DNA from: Adineta vaga
Lineage: Eukaryota > Animalia > Rotifera
NCBI GenBank assembly: GCA_021613535.1
Contig: CP075494.1
Span: 3,410,001 to 3,474,000, forward strand
DNA length: 64,000 bases
Reading direction: 5' to 3'
Under the pieces are notes generated by a model. The model made no database searches, was not told the origin of the DNA, and saw only the letters and a list, made by a program, of their open reading frames with translations. Below, piece by piece: positions 1-13,800 of this stretch. The position numbers were made by a program, and so were the translations under genes. Numbering within the stretch: position 1 is the first letter of the stretch; every line of letters starts with the position of its first letter.

Positions 1-742
1 ATTTTTTCATTAAATTTCATGATCGGCGTGATTTTCGTTGTCTGATCTTATATACATTTTTCACCTTATTTCTTCTATTATATCGGCGTACTGAATATAA
101 ATGTATATTTTTTTTACTTATTCATTATAGAATATTTGATTTGTTCTAAAACATTTAAAAATAAATGAAACTTCATTATGAATTAGTCTTTGTTTAGAAC
201 ACGAAAAATAAACCGTACTTTATTCCATTGTATTATACAATCCGATGAATAGCAATCTTTTATTAAACACAGAGACGTTCTACTGATTTTCAAAATCAGA
301 TAATGAAAGCACGCAAAAAACAGAGCGTACAGTGTGGGGTACAGGTGAAGGTGGATCAGACAAAAATGCGCGCTCTTATCCATCCTCGCTCTTGTTCTCT
401 ACTGCGGTCACACAGTGTCTCGCATTTACAATGAAATCATTAAAAAACTGAACACATACGTCTAACTCATGAAATGTTTTACCATACTGAATTATATGAT
501 GTGGTAAGCAAACAAGTATTTATGGTTATTACGTATTGCTTTTCTCAAGTTAATTCTTTTGAAATTTATTGTTGCTGTCAAAACAAAGAAAAAGAAAGAA
601 TTTTTTATCAGCAATAGGAGTAAATATTTGCAATAAAAGCTTCTCAATACACGTTCGATGTTGAATTAAAGAACAGAAGACAATGTAAGTTTTTTATTTC
701 ACTCTGTGTCGAAATCCATTCTTAAATTGTTATTCATGATAC

Positions 743-870
743 CAGAGATGGGCACGGTCGGATCAGTTTTTAGCTGTAGCGGTTCGGTTCAGTTTAACGA
801 GACATTTTACTAATTTCTCTCGGTTTCGGTTCGGATTGGTTTTATGCATTTCGGTTTCGGTTCGGTTGAA
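743..870. repeat. Probable terminus of a non-autonomous DNA transposon (hAT-like CAGAGATGGGCACGG end) with TTCGG/CGGTT subterminal repeats
   Basis: Sequence starts CAGAGATGGGCACGGTCGG and is followed by several CGGTTCGGTT/CGGTTTCGGTTCGG units. No matching opposite end was found. Confidence 0.35.
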
Positions 871-1523
871 TTTCAACTTAAACTGATTCATCGCAGACAA
901 CTGTCGACATCGACCTACGTGCAACTAGAATCGTATTCCCTGCTATTTTTTGCTAGATCTGTAGCCTAAAACAAAATGAAGGTTTAGGATAAGAATAAGA
1001 TGAATGTATGTTAGAATATATAAAATAAAGTATGTGTTTATCTTAAATTGGTGTAAATCACAAAATAACGTTAACATTTTTATGAGTATCATGTTAAACA
1101 AAAGCCGTACCGCCAAAACTAACAAATTTTCATTACAGATTAGAAATTCGTCCACAGAAACTTGGAAGTTTATACTGTGCGTCTTTATATAAATGTGTCT
1201 CGATATGGAATATATCGAGAGAGCAATACCGTACTTAACTTTCTAAAAAAAACTTTTTAAATTTTAAAAAGCGTTGCGAATACTTTCTAAAACTTCCTAT
1301 GATTTTTCGAAACTGCTTGAAATTCCCACCACATTTTGAAGTATTCTTAATATTTGTCGAAAGTTTTAAAGAATTCGTATCACATTGAGAAAAAGGCGCA
1401 AATTATGTGATTGATTAATAAAGTCATCCATGGGCCACGGTAGCGGCGTAACCAGGATTTTGACGGTGGAGAGGCGGTGGGGGCTCAACCACCTAAATCG
1501 GTCTTCTAAGATGGGCTCATAGT

Positions 1524-1598
1524 ATGAGGCTGTGGATGAGGATGTGATTATGCATAACAAAATAACACTGACACACACACTCATCCACACCCACCCTC
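1524..1598. repeat. Hairpin element with telomere-like arms (copy 1)
   Basis: TGAGGCTGTGGATGAGGATGTG ... CAAAATAACACTGACACACACACTCATCCACACCCACCCTC. It shares the internal CAAAATAACA..GACAC core with the copy at 6053-6169. Confidence 0.55.
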
Positions 1599-4500
1599 TT
1601 CATTATATGCTGAATCATCATCGATAAGAAGGACTGAATAAGGAAATTGATCAATATTGTTATGTTCTTCATCATTCAAATGAATGTTGATTTGAACCGA
1701 TTCATTGTATAATTTTCCTAAGATTGATGTTGATGAATGCGATGGTTTATCTCCTTTTTCCATGAAATGTGGATAGGTAGTAGGACGAAGTTCACGTGTT
1801 AAATTTTCAGCATGAACACCGCTCTTAGCAAAGTCAACCGCTACACTAAACAAATGAATTTTTGGAAAAGTCAAGATATCAGTTTAGCAAATATTATGTA
1901 CCTATGCATTTTGGCAAGCTGAATGCATCTCTCATTTTCCGCTCCGTCTGGAAGTTGATCAGCTAGTGCTAGATGACTATTAGCAATAAAGCCAAGACTT
2001 ATAAACAGAGAAAGAACGGACTCGAAATGAAATCAAAGTAATATTTTTTACTAACTTATCAGCTTTCATATATTCAGCAAAGAAATCACAAACATCTTCA
2101 ATAGTATAACAATTAGTTCGACTAAATTGAGCTTGCTTCTTTGCTTTAACAACTTGGTCTTCATAGTCGAGTGGGTCCCTATTCTTTTCGAATATTAATC
2201 GAGGATCTGAACTGATCCAAAACGTATATCCATCAAGATCGCCTCCACTATCTCACTAGCATGGGATTGCGGTCCTTGGCATGGAAACACAATGACATTC
2301 TTCAGACCATGTAAACAAGGAATATCAACTGCTTCCAAACGACGAATGTCACCTAAAATATTCACATTCGAAGAAAAATAACATCATCGAGTGAATTTCT
2401 TTACCCGGATGAAAGCACGGATTTCGAGTGACAATCACTGCACCTTGAAGAATACGACTATGAGCGGACTTTCCTCCAGTCTGTTCTATTTGTACAAAAA
2501 CTTCTCCATATCGAAGAACTTTACTTTCATCGACCACACCTAATAAACAACAACCATCTCGTACGAATATTCTTGCTCTTGTTCTCAATTGTTTCAATTG
2601 ATGAGCTTGAAAACAGAGTAACATTTGACGAACAAATGGTTCGGTTTTTAAACCAAATCGTCTCAAATATTCGATCATAAAATGATGCGTTCCATTACCA
2701 CCATTCTCTCCATTCATTTCTTCCAGAGTATCTTCTGCACTTGCAACAGATTTTGTCACTGCAAGAACTTTGTCGAGCATTTGTCTCTGTAATAAAAGGA
2801 ATACATGATCATGGATACCGAGCGACGAGAGTAAGAGAATGATCTGACGATTGAGAAATGCAGGCGCATTATGTGACGCACGAACAATATCTAGTGATAA
2901 ATTGAATGAATCGAATTTATCCATGGAATTTCGGAAATAAACTAGAACATCTTTTTCTTTAATCTCTGATGCAACATCAATAGAAACCATTCCTAAAGAA
3001 AACAAACTGTTACTATATTGGTATGAACAAAACATATATCTAACCCTTGAAACCACCACAGCGTATTTGAAATGCTGATGCAACATATGGAAGATTCATT
3101 TTTGCGGACAGATCTTCAGCCAGCTTCTTCGTTATAATCCCAATACCATCTGTATACAGTTTTCCATCAGGTGTTTTTATATCGGATATTAATTTAAAAT
3201 GTTCCTTTTGAAATTCGCTTCCTTTTATCGTCGTTGAAAAGGATTGTCCTAGCTAAAACAACGAAAATGGAAAAATTTAGAAATTTTATTGAGTCGTATG
3301 TATTATTGTTTACCCGTGCAGCGTATTTGGCGACAGGTCGAGCGTTCTCAAAGTTGCCCATCCACGAACGAATAGAATTGGTTGTATTGTGGTCTGGAGA
3401 TCGAGAATGAAACATCCAACAAAAGGATCGCGTAATTGTGAAGAGGAAAATGCTAGAAATGAATACTGACGACCACAGAATACAACTCCGCATGTAAGTA
3501 TTGCTTTGACTCGTTCATACAATTTTGTCATGCCAATATCGGCATTGAGCAGTTTTGTATAATCTATGCTCAAAGAAACAATACGAACAAAAGAAGACAG
3601 GAAGAAAAGTGTTTTCTTACTTTCGTCTCGAAACGAAACACGAAGAAAACAATCTTGTTCACTTTCGAATTGACGAGTAACACGACATTTTTCTTCTCTA
3701 TATGGACCTTCATAAAGAAAACTAGGTGGAGTTATGTAAATCTTCCGAATAAGAAATGAATCCGCCTTGTTCAATATCAATTCATTTTTTGTTATATAAA
3801 CATTGTCCGAATTGACAACAATCTCATGATAGCGTTTTAATTCTTTGATGGCACGAAGAAGTAGATGACTCAGTAAACCAGGACTGGATGCTGATGATGG
3901 TAATCGACTGAGCATCATTTGTGACATTTTGACAGTAGTCATATTCGATAGATCAGTCGATTCTGATCGTCTTGAAGGAAAAGAAATGCTCGTGTTGACC
4001 GATGTTTGGGCTTCTGGTTTCTCTTCAGTTGAATCTTCATCATCATCATCACCACAAATGGAAAGCCATGCTGCAGCAAATTCAATGATTTTGTCTAACA
4101 AATAAAGAGAAGACGATGAGAGCAGATACGATGCACGCTGTCTTACCTATGCAAGCAGTGAATGTTTTTAAAGAGCATTTGGCGAGAATTTTGTCTAGCA
4201 AATGTTCATCGACCACTAGATCATGAACGGTAATAATGTGTTTTGATATCAACTTCATTAATTCGAATTTCGTTTCAAATGAATAATTCGGCCAACGGTT
4301 ATTAAGAAAATTTTGAATACTTGTTCGATGTTGTTGAACATATTTCAATCGTTGGGTCTTTTGTTGAGGATTGATAAAATGAACAATATTGTTTTCAGAC
4401 AAAGGCTGTCGACAGAGACTGTAACGTCGAAGAACTTCAAATAGCCGGCAATATAAATTTTGACTTGGATCAAGCTGAAAGAGCCACGCATTTGCATGGC

Positions 4501-5781
4501 CCATATATGGATTTCCAGGTAAGCGAGTTTCTCGTGAAAATAGTTGACCTGAACCAACTCCAGATTTTTCGACATGAATGATCATTGGCGGTCGTTTGAC
4601 TTCAATGAGAATATAAAGAGTAGAATTGATTTTTGATAATGTTGAAGTATCTTTTTCTGTTAAAACAGGTGAAATCTTGTCACCTTTCAAACTAAAAATC
4701 ATGGTTAAGCGTAACATTAAGACCTTTCATCTAAATTTCATCTCACTCTCGAAAATGCCATTCGAATCTAAGACTTCGTTTTGTTTCATTTCGGCTTTTC
4801 AAATCAATGAGACGTGAAATAACGAAAGCTATTTTCTTTAAGCCTTGATCAATTTCAAATTCCGCTGTGTAACGAATATCATCATCGAGTAACTGTTGAA
4901 CAATACAACCAAGATTACTATTCGATTCGTCAAGACCGACGATATTTCGCATTGCAGCAGGAGTGAGAAGAATTCCATAGAGAACTTTTGGTAAAACAGA
5001 CTAAATATCAATTAAAACATATAACCATGTTCAAAGAATTCAGTAAGAACTTACTGGACAGTAGATTGGAAAAGTAACCACACAAGAGGTTCCATCTTTC
5101 ATGACGGCGGTATCTCGTTTATCTCGAGTTATTGAAGGATCTCGTTCATCAAGTTCAATATTCAGGGGGAATGTTTGATAGTTAAATTTTCCTGGATGCG
5201 TTTTACTATCGTAAATGATATTTTGAGCTGCCTCTTCAGTTTTACAAGCGATGAAAACAATTCCAGGCTTTCGATTGGGTTTGTAACAAACATGAACCGT
5301 TGCTATATCATGATAGCCAAGAGATGAAAACAATCGTGTAATTGTTTATTATTACTTCCAGGAGCTACATTTGTTAGAAAGAGACGATTTTTTAGTATTT
5401 GTGTGCCAGATGAAGTGAGTTCTGATAGCGTCAGTGAAAGATAGTACGAAGAGGAAGATTTACATGTATCATGGATAAAAGCTGGCCCCTGCAAATATTC
5501 TTCAATAAAATCACCAAAGACGCCCTGACGCGAAGGTATCGGCTGTGAAAAATGATTCCTGGCTAATTCGATATCTGTATTATTGACTGATCTTGAGAGT
5601 GTCGAATGCTCGGTAGAATATAGTAAAAAGTCACCAAAATCACATCGAATATTTCTGTATCATCATAGACTTCATCGCAGTCCGTATCGAATCCATCATA
5701 ATTACCTTCTTCATAATTACCATCGTCGGTCTCTTCGTCATCATAATCATAATCACCATCAGCATCACATGAATAGGACAT
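1599..5781 (-). pseudogene. Eukaryotic RNAi-type RNA-dependent RNA polymerase (RdRP) with N-terminal RRM-like region; multi-exon, frameshifted, 3'-truncated
   Basis: RdRP motifs run across spliced exons: FLAFSSSQLR, KYAAR|LGQSFS, TDGIG, SAFQIRCGGFKG, LNRQIILLL, GVVDE, RNPCFHPG|DIR, SGGDLDG(Y), SVAVDFAKSG, YPHFMEK..S.SILGKLY. There are 1-nt frameshifts near 5328, 3422 and 2250, and the catalytic DLDGD reads DLDGY at 2226-2240. Confidence 0.9.
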
Positions 5782-6052
5782 ATTCGGAATAATGAATGAT
5801 TGAAAGTGAATCAACTTTTTCCCAATGACGTTTATAGAAGAAAAAATACTTCCTTGCTGAAAAATTTATAGAACAATAAAAGCATGGCTGAAGAAAAGAG
5901 AACTCAGATTATGTTCTTTTCGCTCTCTGCATTTTTAAGGCTTGTATTTAAATGATCAGTATTTTATATTGAATGATCAGTAGAAATTGTACTTTGATCA
6001 GTAAAATTTGAATTTTCATCAGTATACTGTTTCATGTTGAGTAACTGTTATA

Positions 6053-6169
6053 TCTTGAGGCTGAGGCTGCGGATGTGGGTGAGAGTTTGTAGCAGAGTAT
6101 GCGTGGGCACAAAATAACAGGACACCCACACCCGCACCCTCATACTCACCCACACCTGCACCCTCAAAT
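6053..6169. repeat. Hairpin element with telomere-like arms (copy 2)
   Basis: TCTTGAGGCTGAGGCTGCGGATGTGGGTGAG ... CACCCACACCCGCACCCTCATACTCACCCACACCTGCACCCTCAA. Confidence 0.65.
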
Positions 6170-7825
6170 AATTTATCATCTGATAATTTAGAGCAATCAA
6201 ACATTCGACAAGAAGATAATTCAGGTATTGAGGGTTATTTTGTGTCACTTTGTGTAAAGTTAAACGAACGAAGACGTGAAAATTCTAAAAATGAAAATCT
6301 TGAAAGGAATAAATGAACTGGATAACATGTATTGTCATTTGAGAAATGTAATGAATAAAATTGATTTTTCATGGTTTCATCAATTGACAATTTCGATCAA
6401 AACCTCACTATAATTCACGTGTCCCAGAAAAGCTGTATCTTTTGACACAAAAACATAAGGGAAAATACGCGGAACCGTGCTTAAAACTTTTCAAAATAAA
6501 CGTATCCACTAAACATTTTTTCATTATTGTGAACATTAAATTTACATTTTTTGCAAATTGAAAGGTTAGTTGAAACACGATTCAACAGCATGTTTTCACC
6601 TAACATGAATAGTTCGACCGAGCACAATAAAATACAGGAAAACGTATTTGAATCGTTTTCTTAAGAATCAATGCATGAGAGCCACGACATATCGTGCTCA
6701 ATTGACATCTCATATTTCAATGAAATTTTGCCACTATGTAGGCCTCGGTGAGCTACGAAAACGCTAGAAATTTCAGCTCGTGAAACCCTTCTGTTATTGA
6801 GATATTTACGTTTTATGGAACAACTTCTCACATTATTCATAAAAAGTATACATATGTGTACGTGTGTTTGACAAAACTACTGTAATAATCGAAGCCAGTT
6901 TATATATAGTAAATACCAGCATTCGGTCCTATATTCGTTCCAATAGGAAAATCCTCGAAAATAGAGGGTGTAAATAAAATTTCACCACACGATCTTAATG
7001 AAAACCATCTTCTTCATCAAAGAATAATCCGTTTCTATCGCTTTCTTTGATTAGAATTCATTTATTTGGTTTTGGAGACGACTTGTAATATCGAAATAAT
7101 CTTGAAAAAATTCGATGTTTCAATTCGACTGTGCGTTAGTTTGATAGGAGGCGTATATCTACTTGATTGACAGTGGCAGAAAACCATTTTATCAATATGT
7201 GTTAGTTCACTTGAAATAAGCGACTGTTATTTAGAAAATATCGGATTTATATAAGCGTGAGGAAAGAAGGGATTTCCAAAACATGAAACCCACAATCTTA
7301 GAGAGAACATATGATTGCATGACGTCGTGTATATATGTATGAACATAACGAAAGAAGATATAAAGTAACGTCATGATATAACAAGTTTTCATAGATATAA
7401 AATAACAGAAAATGCTTTTTTATATACATGTTCGAATAGTATTCAAACACATTCTGAATTTTACTCAATACAAAGCTATTTTTTATTCATACATACTTCG
7501 AGAAAGTTCTTCAACATTCAGCAGAACTTTTAATCAAAATTTAACATACACGATTGATCGGTTTTTTTGAAAACAAATCCAACCAATAAAGCTATTTCGA
7601 TCGTGTGTTTTTTTTTCAATTTTAGTAAAGAAATCTGTTGCACGGCGTGACGCATGTCATTTTATCAGTATGCGCAACAGAAAGAGATAAAAACTGGGAA
7701 AAAATACGAAGGAAAGAATTTATTATAGTCTGTAACTTCTCTGAAAACATATTTTTTTCTTTCAAAATGTGCGTCTGTGTATAAACCCAAACTGACTTTT
7801 TCCCATTCTACTGTTAATATGTTTA

Positions 7826-10800
7826 ATGCTTCAAAATATTCTAACATTAATTTCATTATTAGATTTTCAAAACAATAAAATGACATCAAATAATTCATCG
7901 ATTAAATGGAGTGTTCAAATTAGCCCTCTACCTTCATCGATAAGTCGTGAAAAACTCGCTCAAGAACTTCATTTACCACAGAAATTGTATATTTCTATTC
8001 CAAAAAATAATTCTTGTGCATGGATTAATAATTTTATCGATGAAGATGACGCAAAAGAATTTGTACGACAATGGTCCGGTGCCACAATTCAAGGTCAAAA
8101 AATCAAATGTACTGCTACGTCACGTTCAAACGACCAAGCTGAGTCTTTTCAAAAAGTTCAAAAACAATATACATCTAAGATTGAACCATTAACAAATCAA
8201 CCATGTGATTCCAGATCATCATCGACAGAACCAAAACTAACAAAAGAGAACTTAAATCGACTTACAATACCGACATCTCTCATGTCTACTAACACCAACC
8301 AATTTTTAAATAATAATGAAGAAAAAAGTGGAAATATATTCAAAACTCAAAGTAAACCAATATTACGATTTGGAGAAACAAAGACAAAAAGTGAATATCG
8401 TGATGAACGATATAGAAATAATGAGTTAACCGGTAATTTAGCTCACGCAAATAAGCGTACGACAAACCTTATAAAAAAGTTCGAAGAAAACTTATTGAAA
8501 CAAGATTTATATCGTATGAGAAGCGATTCTTCTTCATCAACAAGTTCGATTAGCTCGACACAATCTACGAATACCAATACGAGACGATGTCGTAATGGTA
8601 TCAAATGTTTTAATGCTGATTGTACTTTTGATCATCCCGATGGTTGGAAACCATGCATAGATGGAGAAAAATGTGAAGATTTTGAATGCACAGCTAATCA
8701 TCCTTTTGAACAAAAAGGAAAATGTCGTAGTGGTGGTAATTGTAAGAATTCAGATTGCAAATTTTTACATCCAAAAACACGTGCTGCAATATGTCAGTTC
8801 CGTGGTAAATGTAAACTATGGTCTTGCCAAAAACTACATCCAAAAACTCGAGCTCGGCGATGTCCTAATAAAGAAAAATGTACAAATCTCGATTGTTTAT
8901 GCATACATCCATCAGAACGTAGTGAATCATTGTGTTCAGTTGGGGCTGAATGTCGTGAAATATCCTGCAAACTCAATCATCCAAATGAACGACCACCTAG
9001 ATGTGATCAACCAGATATATGTCCAAATTTTAATTGTATCCGTCTGCATCAACCAGAATGGAATCCGTGTGAAAAAGGAGATGATTGTGAAGATAAACAA
9101 TGTTCGAAGATTCATTCACCGGAGCGTAATTTAAATCTCGAACAAAAAAACAAGAAAAATCAAAAATCAAGAAAAACAAACTTGAAATCACTGGAACAAC
9201 GAATTATAGATCGTGAAAAGGCTTCGTTACCAATTTTAGCTTGTCGAAATGATTTTTGTCAACGTCTTGAACTTGAACATGTTTTAATTGTAACTGCTGA
9301 AACTGGTAGTGGTAAAAGTACTCAGTTACCTCAATATGCTGCTGAACATTTTGGTTCACTTGTTGTTTGTACTCAACCACGTGTTGTTGCTGCTCTTTCA
9401 TTAGCACGTCGTGTTGCTGATGAATATGATGGAAAATCAGTTGGCGATTCTGTTGGTTATCAGGTTGGTCATGGTAATCGAGTTAACGGATCCGATATTA
9501 TGTTTATGACTGATGCAGCATTAATTCGAGAAAGTCAACGTGATCCTGAATTAAAGCATATTCGAGTTTTGATTATCGATGAAGCACATGAACGTTCATT
9601 AAATACAGATATTGTTATTGGAATTTCAAAGCTTTTGCTTGCAAAACGTCCAGATGATTTCTATGTTATTATTGCTTCAGCAACAATTGATCCAACTCGT
9701 TTTCTTCAGTTTTTTGATCGTTCTTCGTATACACCTTTGAAAGTCGAAGGTCGAGTATTTGAAGTAACCAAAGCTGAAAGACCTCCACCACCCAATTGTA
9801 CTGATCAAAAATTAATTATATCACATGTAGTTCCTTCTATTATTGAATTATATCCACAACATGAAGGACATATACTTGTTTTTCTTCCTGGTCAAAGTGA
9901 AATTGAACGAGCATTGAAAATATTTAAATCTAAACTTCCTGATGATTGTGTTGCACTTCCATTATATGGTTCACAATCACCCGAAGATCAAGAAAAAGTT
10001 ATTAAATTTAATGAAATAGGTAAACGAATGGTTGTTTTCTGTACCAATGTTGCTGAAACATCATTAACAATTCCAAATGTTCGATTAGTTATTGATTCTG
10101 GTTTAGCAAAAGAAGCTCGTTATGATATTAAACGTCGTTTAACTGTTATTGAAACTGTACGGATTTCATGTTCATCTGCTGATCAACGTAAAGGTCGAGC
10201 TGGACGAACAGCACGTGGTCATTGTGTTCGTTTATATGAGGATAAAGAATTAAAACGACAAAATATTGAACCAGAAATTTTACGATCATCACTTGATCTT
10301 GTTCTTTTACAATTAATTCGTTTAAATTTCGATCCAAAAACGTTCCAATTTATGGATCAACCACCTTCAAATATAATTTACAATTCACTTGATCTTCTTA
10401 CAAAACTTCAATGTATAAATGAACAAAAAATAACAAAACGTGGTGAATTATTTACTGAACTTAGTCTTGATCCTCGACTAAGTTCGTTTATCGTCGATGT
10501 TTACTTGGAATATAAAACATTATTAGAACTTGTCGTTGCTATTGTTGCAATTCTTTCAGCACCTGGAACAATTTTTTTTATGGGTGGAAATAAAGAAGAA
10601 GCAAGAACACGTATGGCACTTCAAGCACATAGCCATAAAAGTGATTTAATGCATTTATATTCAGTTTACAATGCTTGGAAAAATGCAAGTGGAAATGAAT
10701 TACATGGCAAATGTTCAAAATGTACAAAATTTATTAAATATTGTGTGTGTCGAATAAAATACAGTAATGAAAATAATTTAAATAATAAAATTTTACAACA

Positions 10801-13800
10801 TATTTATACATCATGTTTATCAATTATAAAACAAATTCGTAATGCACGTTGGATTCAACCACGTAATGAAATGTCTGAAGATACAAATAAAATACTTGGT
10901 ATTCATTTGACGAAACTTTTCCCTGAACAATGTGGTTATTTACTTGTTCCACAAATGCCAACTGAAGGTGTTCGATTAGTTGCAACAGATATCCGTGCAA
11001 ATATTACAAATACAAGTGTATTTATGCAAAAACTTAATAAAGATTCAGATCGAGAACTTTATCAATATTTTGTTGCAATGACAATAACTCAATTACCATC
11101 AGGAAATTATATTATTGAACGACTTCATCCAATACCGCGATCAAATGTTATGATACAATCTTCAATACAAAATTTAGATACATATGATGGTATTGGTTCA
11201 GAATTTGCGCATCTTCTTCGTGAAAAATTAAAAGTTTATCAATCAGAACCATGGGCAAAATGGATTGTTTATCAATATGATCGAACACAATGTCGATTTA
11301 TGATTTCAGGTCTTGAAACAACGAAATCAGCAGTTTTACCTATTGTTCAACGTTGTCGAGATGAAACTAGAAAAAAACTTTCGGAAACTTATGATTTATT
11401 AGAATGTGGACCAATAAAAGCAAATTTTCAAAGTGGTTTAGTTTGTACACATATTAATAAAATGTCTAATATATTGAAAATGAATCTTCAAAATGTTCCT
11501 TGCCAAACATTGAATGAATTAAAAGATTGGATAAACAAGATGACGGGAATTGAATGGAATGAAATCAAAGAACATGGATTTTATACACCAAAAGTTGATA
11601 CAGGAAACAATACGAATAATAAACATGTTTATGTTGTTTTTAAAAATGAAGATACGTATCGACGTGCAATTAGTAAAATTTCTCCATTTTATTTAATTGA
11701 ACAAGAAGGAAGATCTCGAGACAATGAAAGGGAAAGTTGGGGTCGTGAACTTATTATTGAAGTTCCATCAAATATTACTGCTAATGATATTATTAAACAA
11801 TATGGTAGTGATATTATCATGAAATGTGTTTCATTAAATGAGAGAAATCGAAAAGAATCATCTCTTAAATTAGATAGTTTACCTATAAATATTGATGAAA
11901 CATATCTTCGCCAATGTCTTCAGACAGCTAATGCTCCATCACCAAAAAATGTTTATGTTGGACGTACGAAAAATGATTTAACTGGATGGGCAAAAGTTAC
12001 TTTTCATGATGAAGAGCAACGTAATCGAGCTGCAGCTGAATATGATGTACAATTATGTCAAACATCATTTCCAATAACAATTCAGGGTAATAAAGGTCCA
12101 AAGCAAAAATATATTCAAACTAAAGTAATGAAAAATGATGAACCAGAATTGATTGAGAATCTTCCAAAAAATTTATTTCGTCTTACTGTTGTCAGTCGTG
12201 AAGCTGCTCTGATAATATTCACCTCAACGACAAATGCAGATTGGACTATTGATGGAACAGCAACAATAACTATTCTTCGAACAGATTTATATCCAAATTT
12301 TCAACAAACACTCAATGGTATTTGTGAAAAGTTCGAAGTAAAAGTTAAATGCAAAGATATACGAAAAAGTTTCGGCAAATGTTGTACATTTAGTCATGGA
12401 AGTCCACAAAAAACAAGTTTAGCTGCATCAATGCTATCACAAAATTTTGCTCCCATTAATATTAAATTAAATACCGAACGACAAAAACAATTATTTCGTG
12501 AATTAGAAGAAATTGGTCAAATACAAAAATGGGCACAAGAATTATCATTACAGATAAATTCAAATAAATTTTTTACAAATATTGAGATTCGTGGTCCACA
12601 AACCTCTCAAGGACAATTCATGAGACGAATTGCTGATTATTCGGATGGTTTTGATCAACGTTTTCGTGAACATGAACTCAGTGCAATAATAGCAACATTT
12701 TTTGGTCAACAAAAAGCAGCATCTATTAAATTACAACAAATTGCTTCGAAATGGGCATCAAAATCATGTTTAGTTTCATTTAATTCAAAACTAGCGACGA
12801 TCAGAATTATTGGCAAAGCAAATGTTCTATTAAAAAATTTAAATTTATGTGAAAATGAAGTTCTTCAACTTTTAGATGAGATTACTGCGAATACAGATGA
12901 TATTGAAAGTGATGATGAAGAAGAAAATGAAGACGACGAAGAAGAAGAGATGAATAGTTTGCGAACAGAACGTCGATGTGTTTTTTGTAAACAAGTATCT
13001 TCAATTTCCACAAGTTTATTTCGCATATGTGGACATGCTTATTGTCGATGTACTGCACAATCACTTGCGTCAACACCATCATTTCCATTACGATGTAAAG
13101 ATTGTCAAACAAATATTCATATTCGTGATATTGAAATGATTTTTAATAATAATCAACAATCATTAATACATTTATTAAAAAGTTCCATTCAGGATTATTT
13201 AACAAAAAATGCACAACAAGATGATCGTGTTTTTTGTCCAAATGATGAATGTGAAGGATTAATTAAATTAAGTCATAATTATCAAACTTGTTTAACATGT
13301 GGACAAAATGTTTGTCCAAAATGTCAAACTATTGATGATGAAATTCATCTTAATAAAACATGTATTCAATTTAGACAAGAAAAGAAACGTCAAGGAGAAT
13401 TTTTACCACAACTTTTCCTTGCTGCAAGAAAATTTGTTGAAGAATATTGGCCATTGGATCAATCAGTACAACCAATTGGTCGTATTGATGAAAATCCTTA
13501 TTTAGAAAAACAATATAAATCATTAATAAGATTTTATAAAGGAAATGAAGTTTTAGGTCATTCATTTCCACCAGATTTATCCAAAGGTTTTTTTGCTTAT
13601 CATGGTTGTCCTTTTCAAGCTATTGATGCAATTAGTCAAACCGGTTTTGATCCGAAACGTCGATCAGGTCAAGCATATGGTCGTGGAGAATATTTTGGAG
13701 TTACAGCTTTAATTTCTGATAGTTATTCACAAAAAGGAGGAAATCAAAATGGTTTCAGTCAAATGTTTATTGCGTTTATTCTTCGATGTACTCAAATTAC

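Noticed and set aside
2240-2260. Programmed frameshift or micro-intron rescuing the RdRP catalytic exon
   Set aside because: There is no slippery site or plausible intron, and additional lesions (D to Y, two more frameshifts, truncation) point to decay.
6410-7000. Possible DNA-transposon relic between RdRP and the helicase gene
   Set aside because: Some TE-like phrases are present, but no matching TIR pair or coding remnant could be established.
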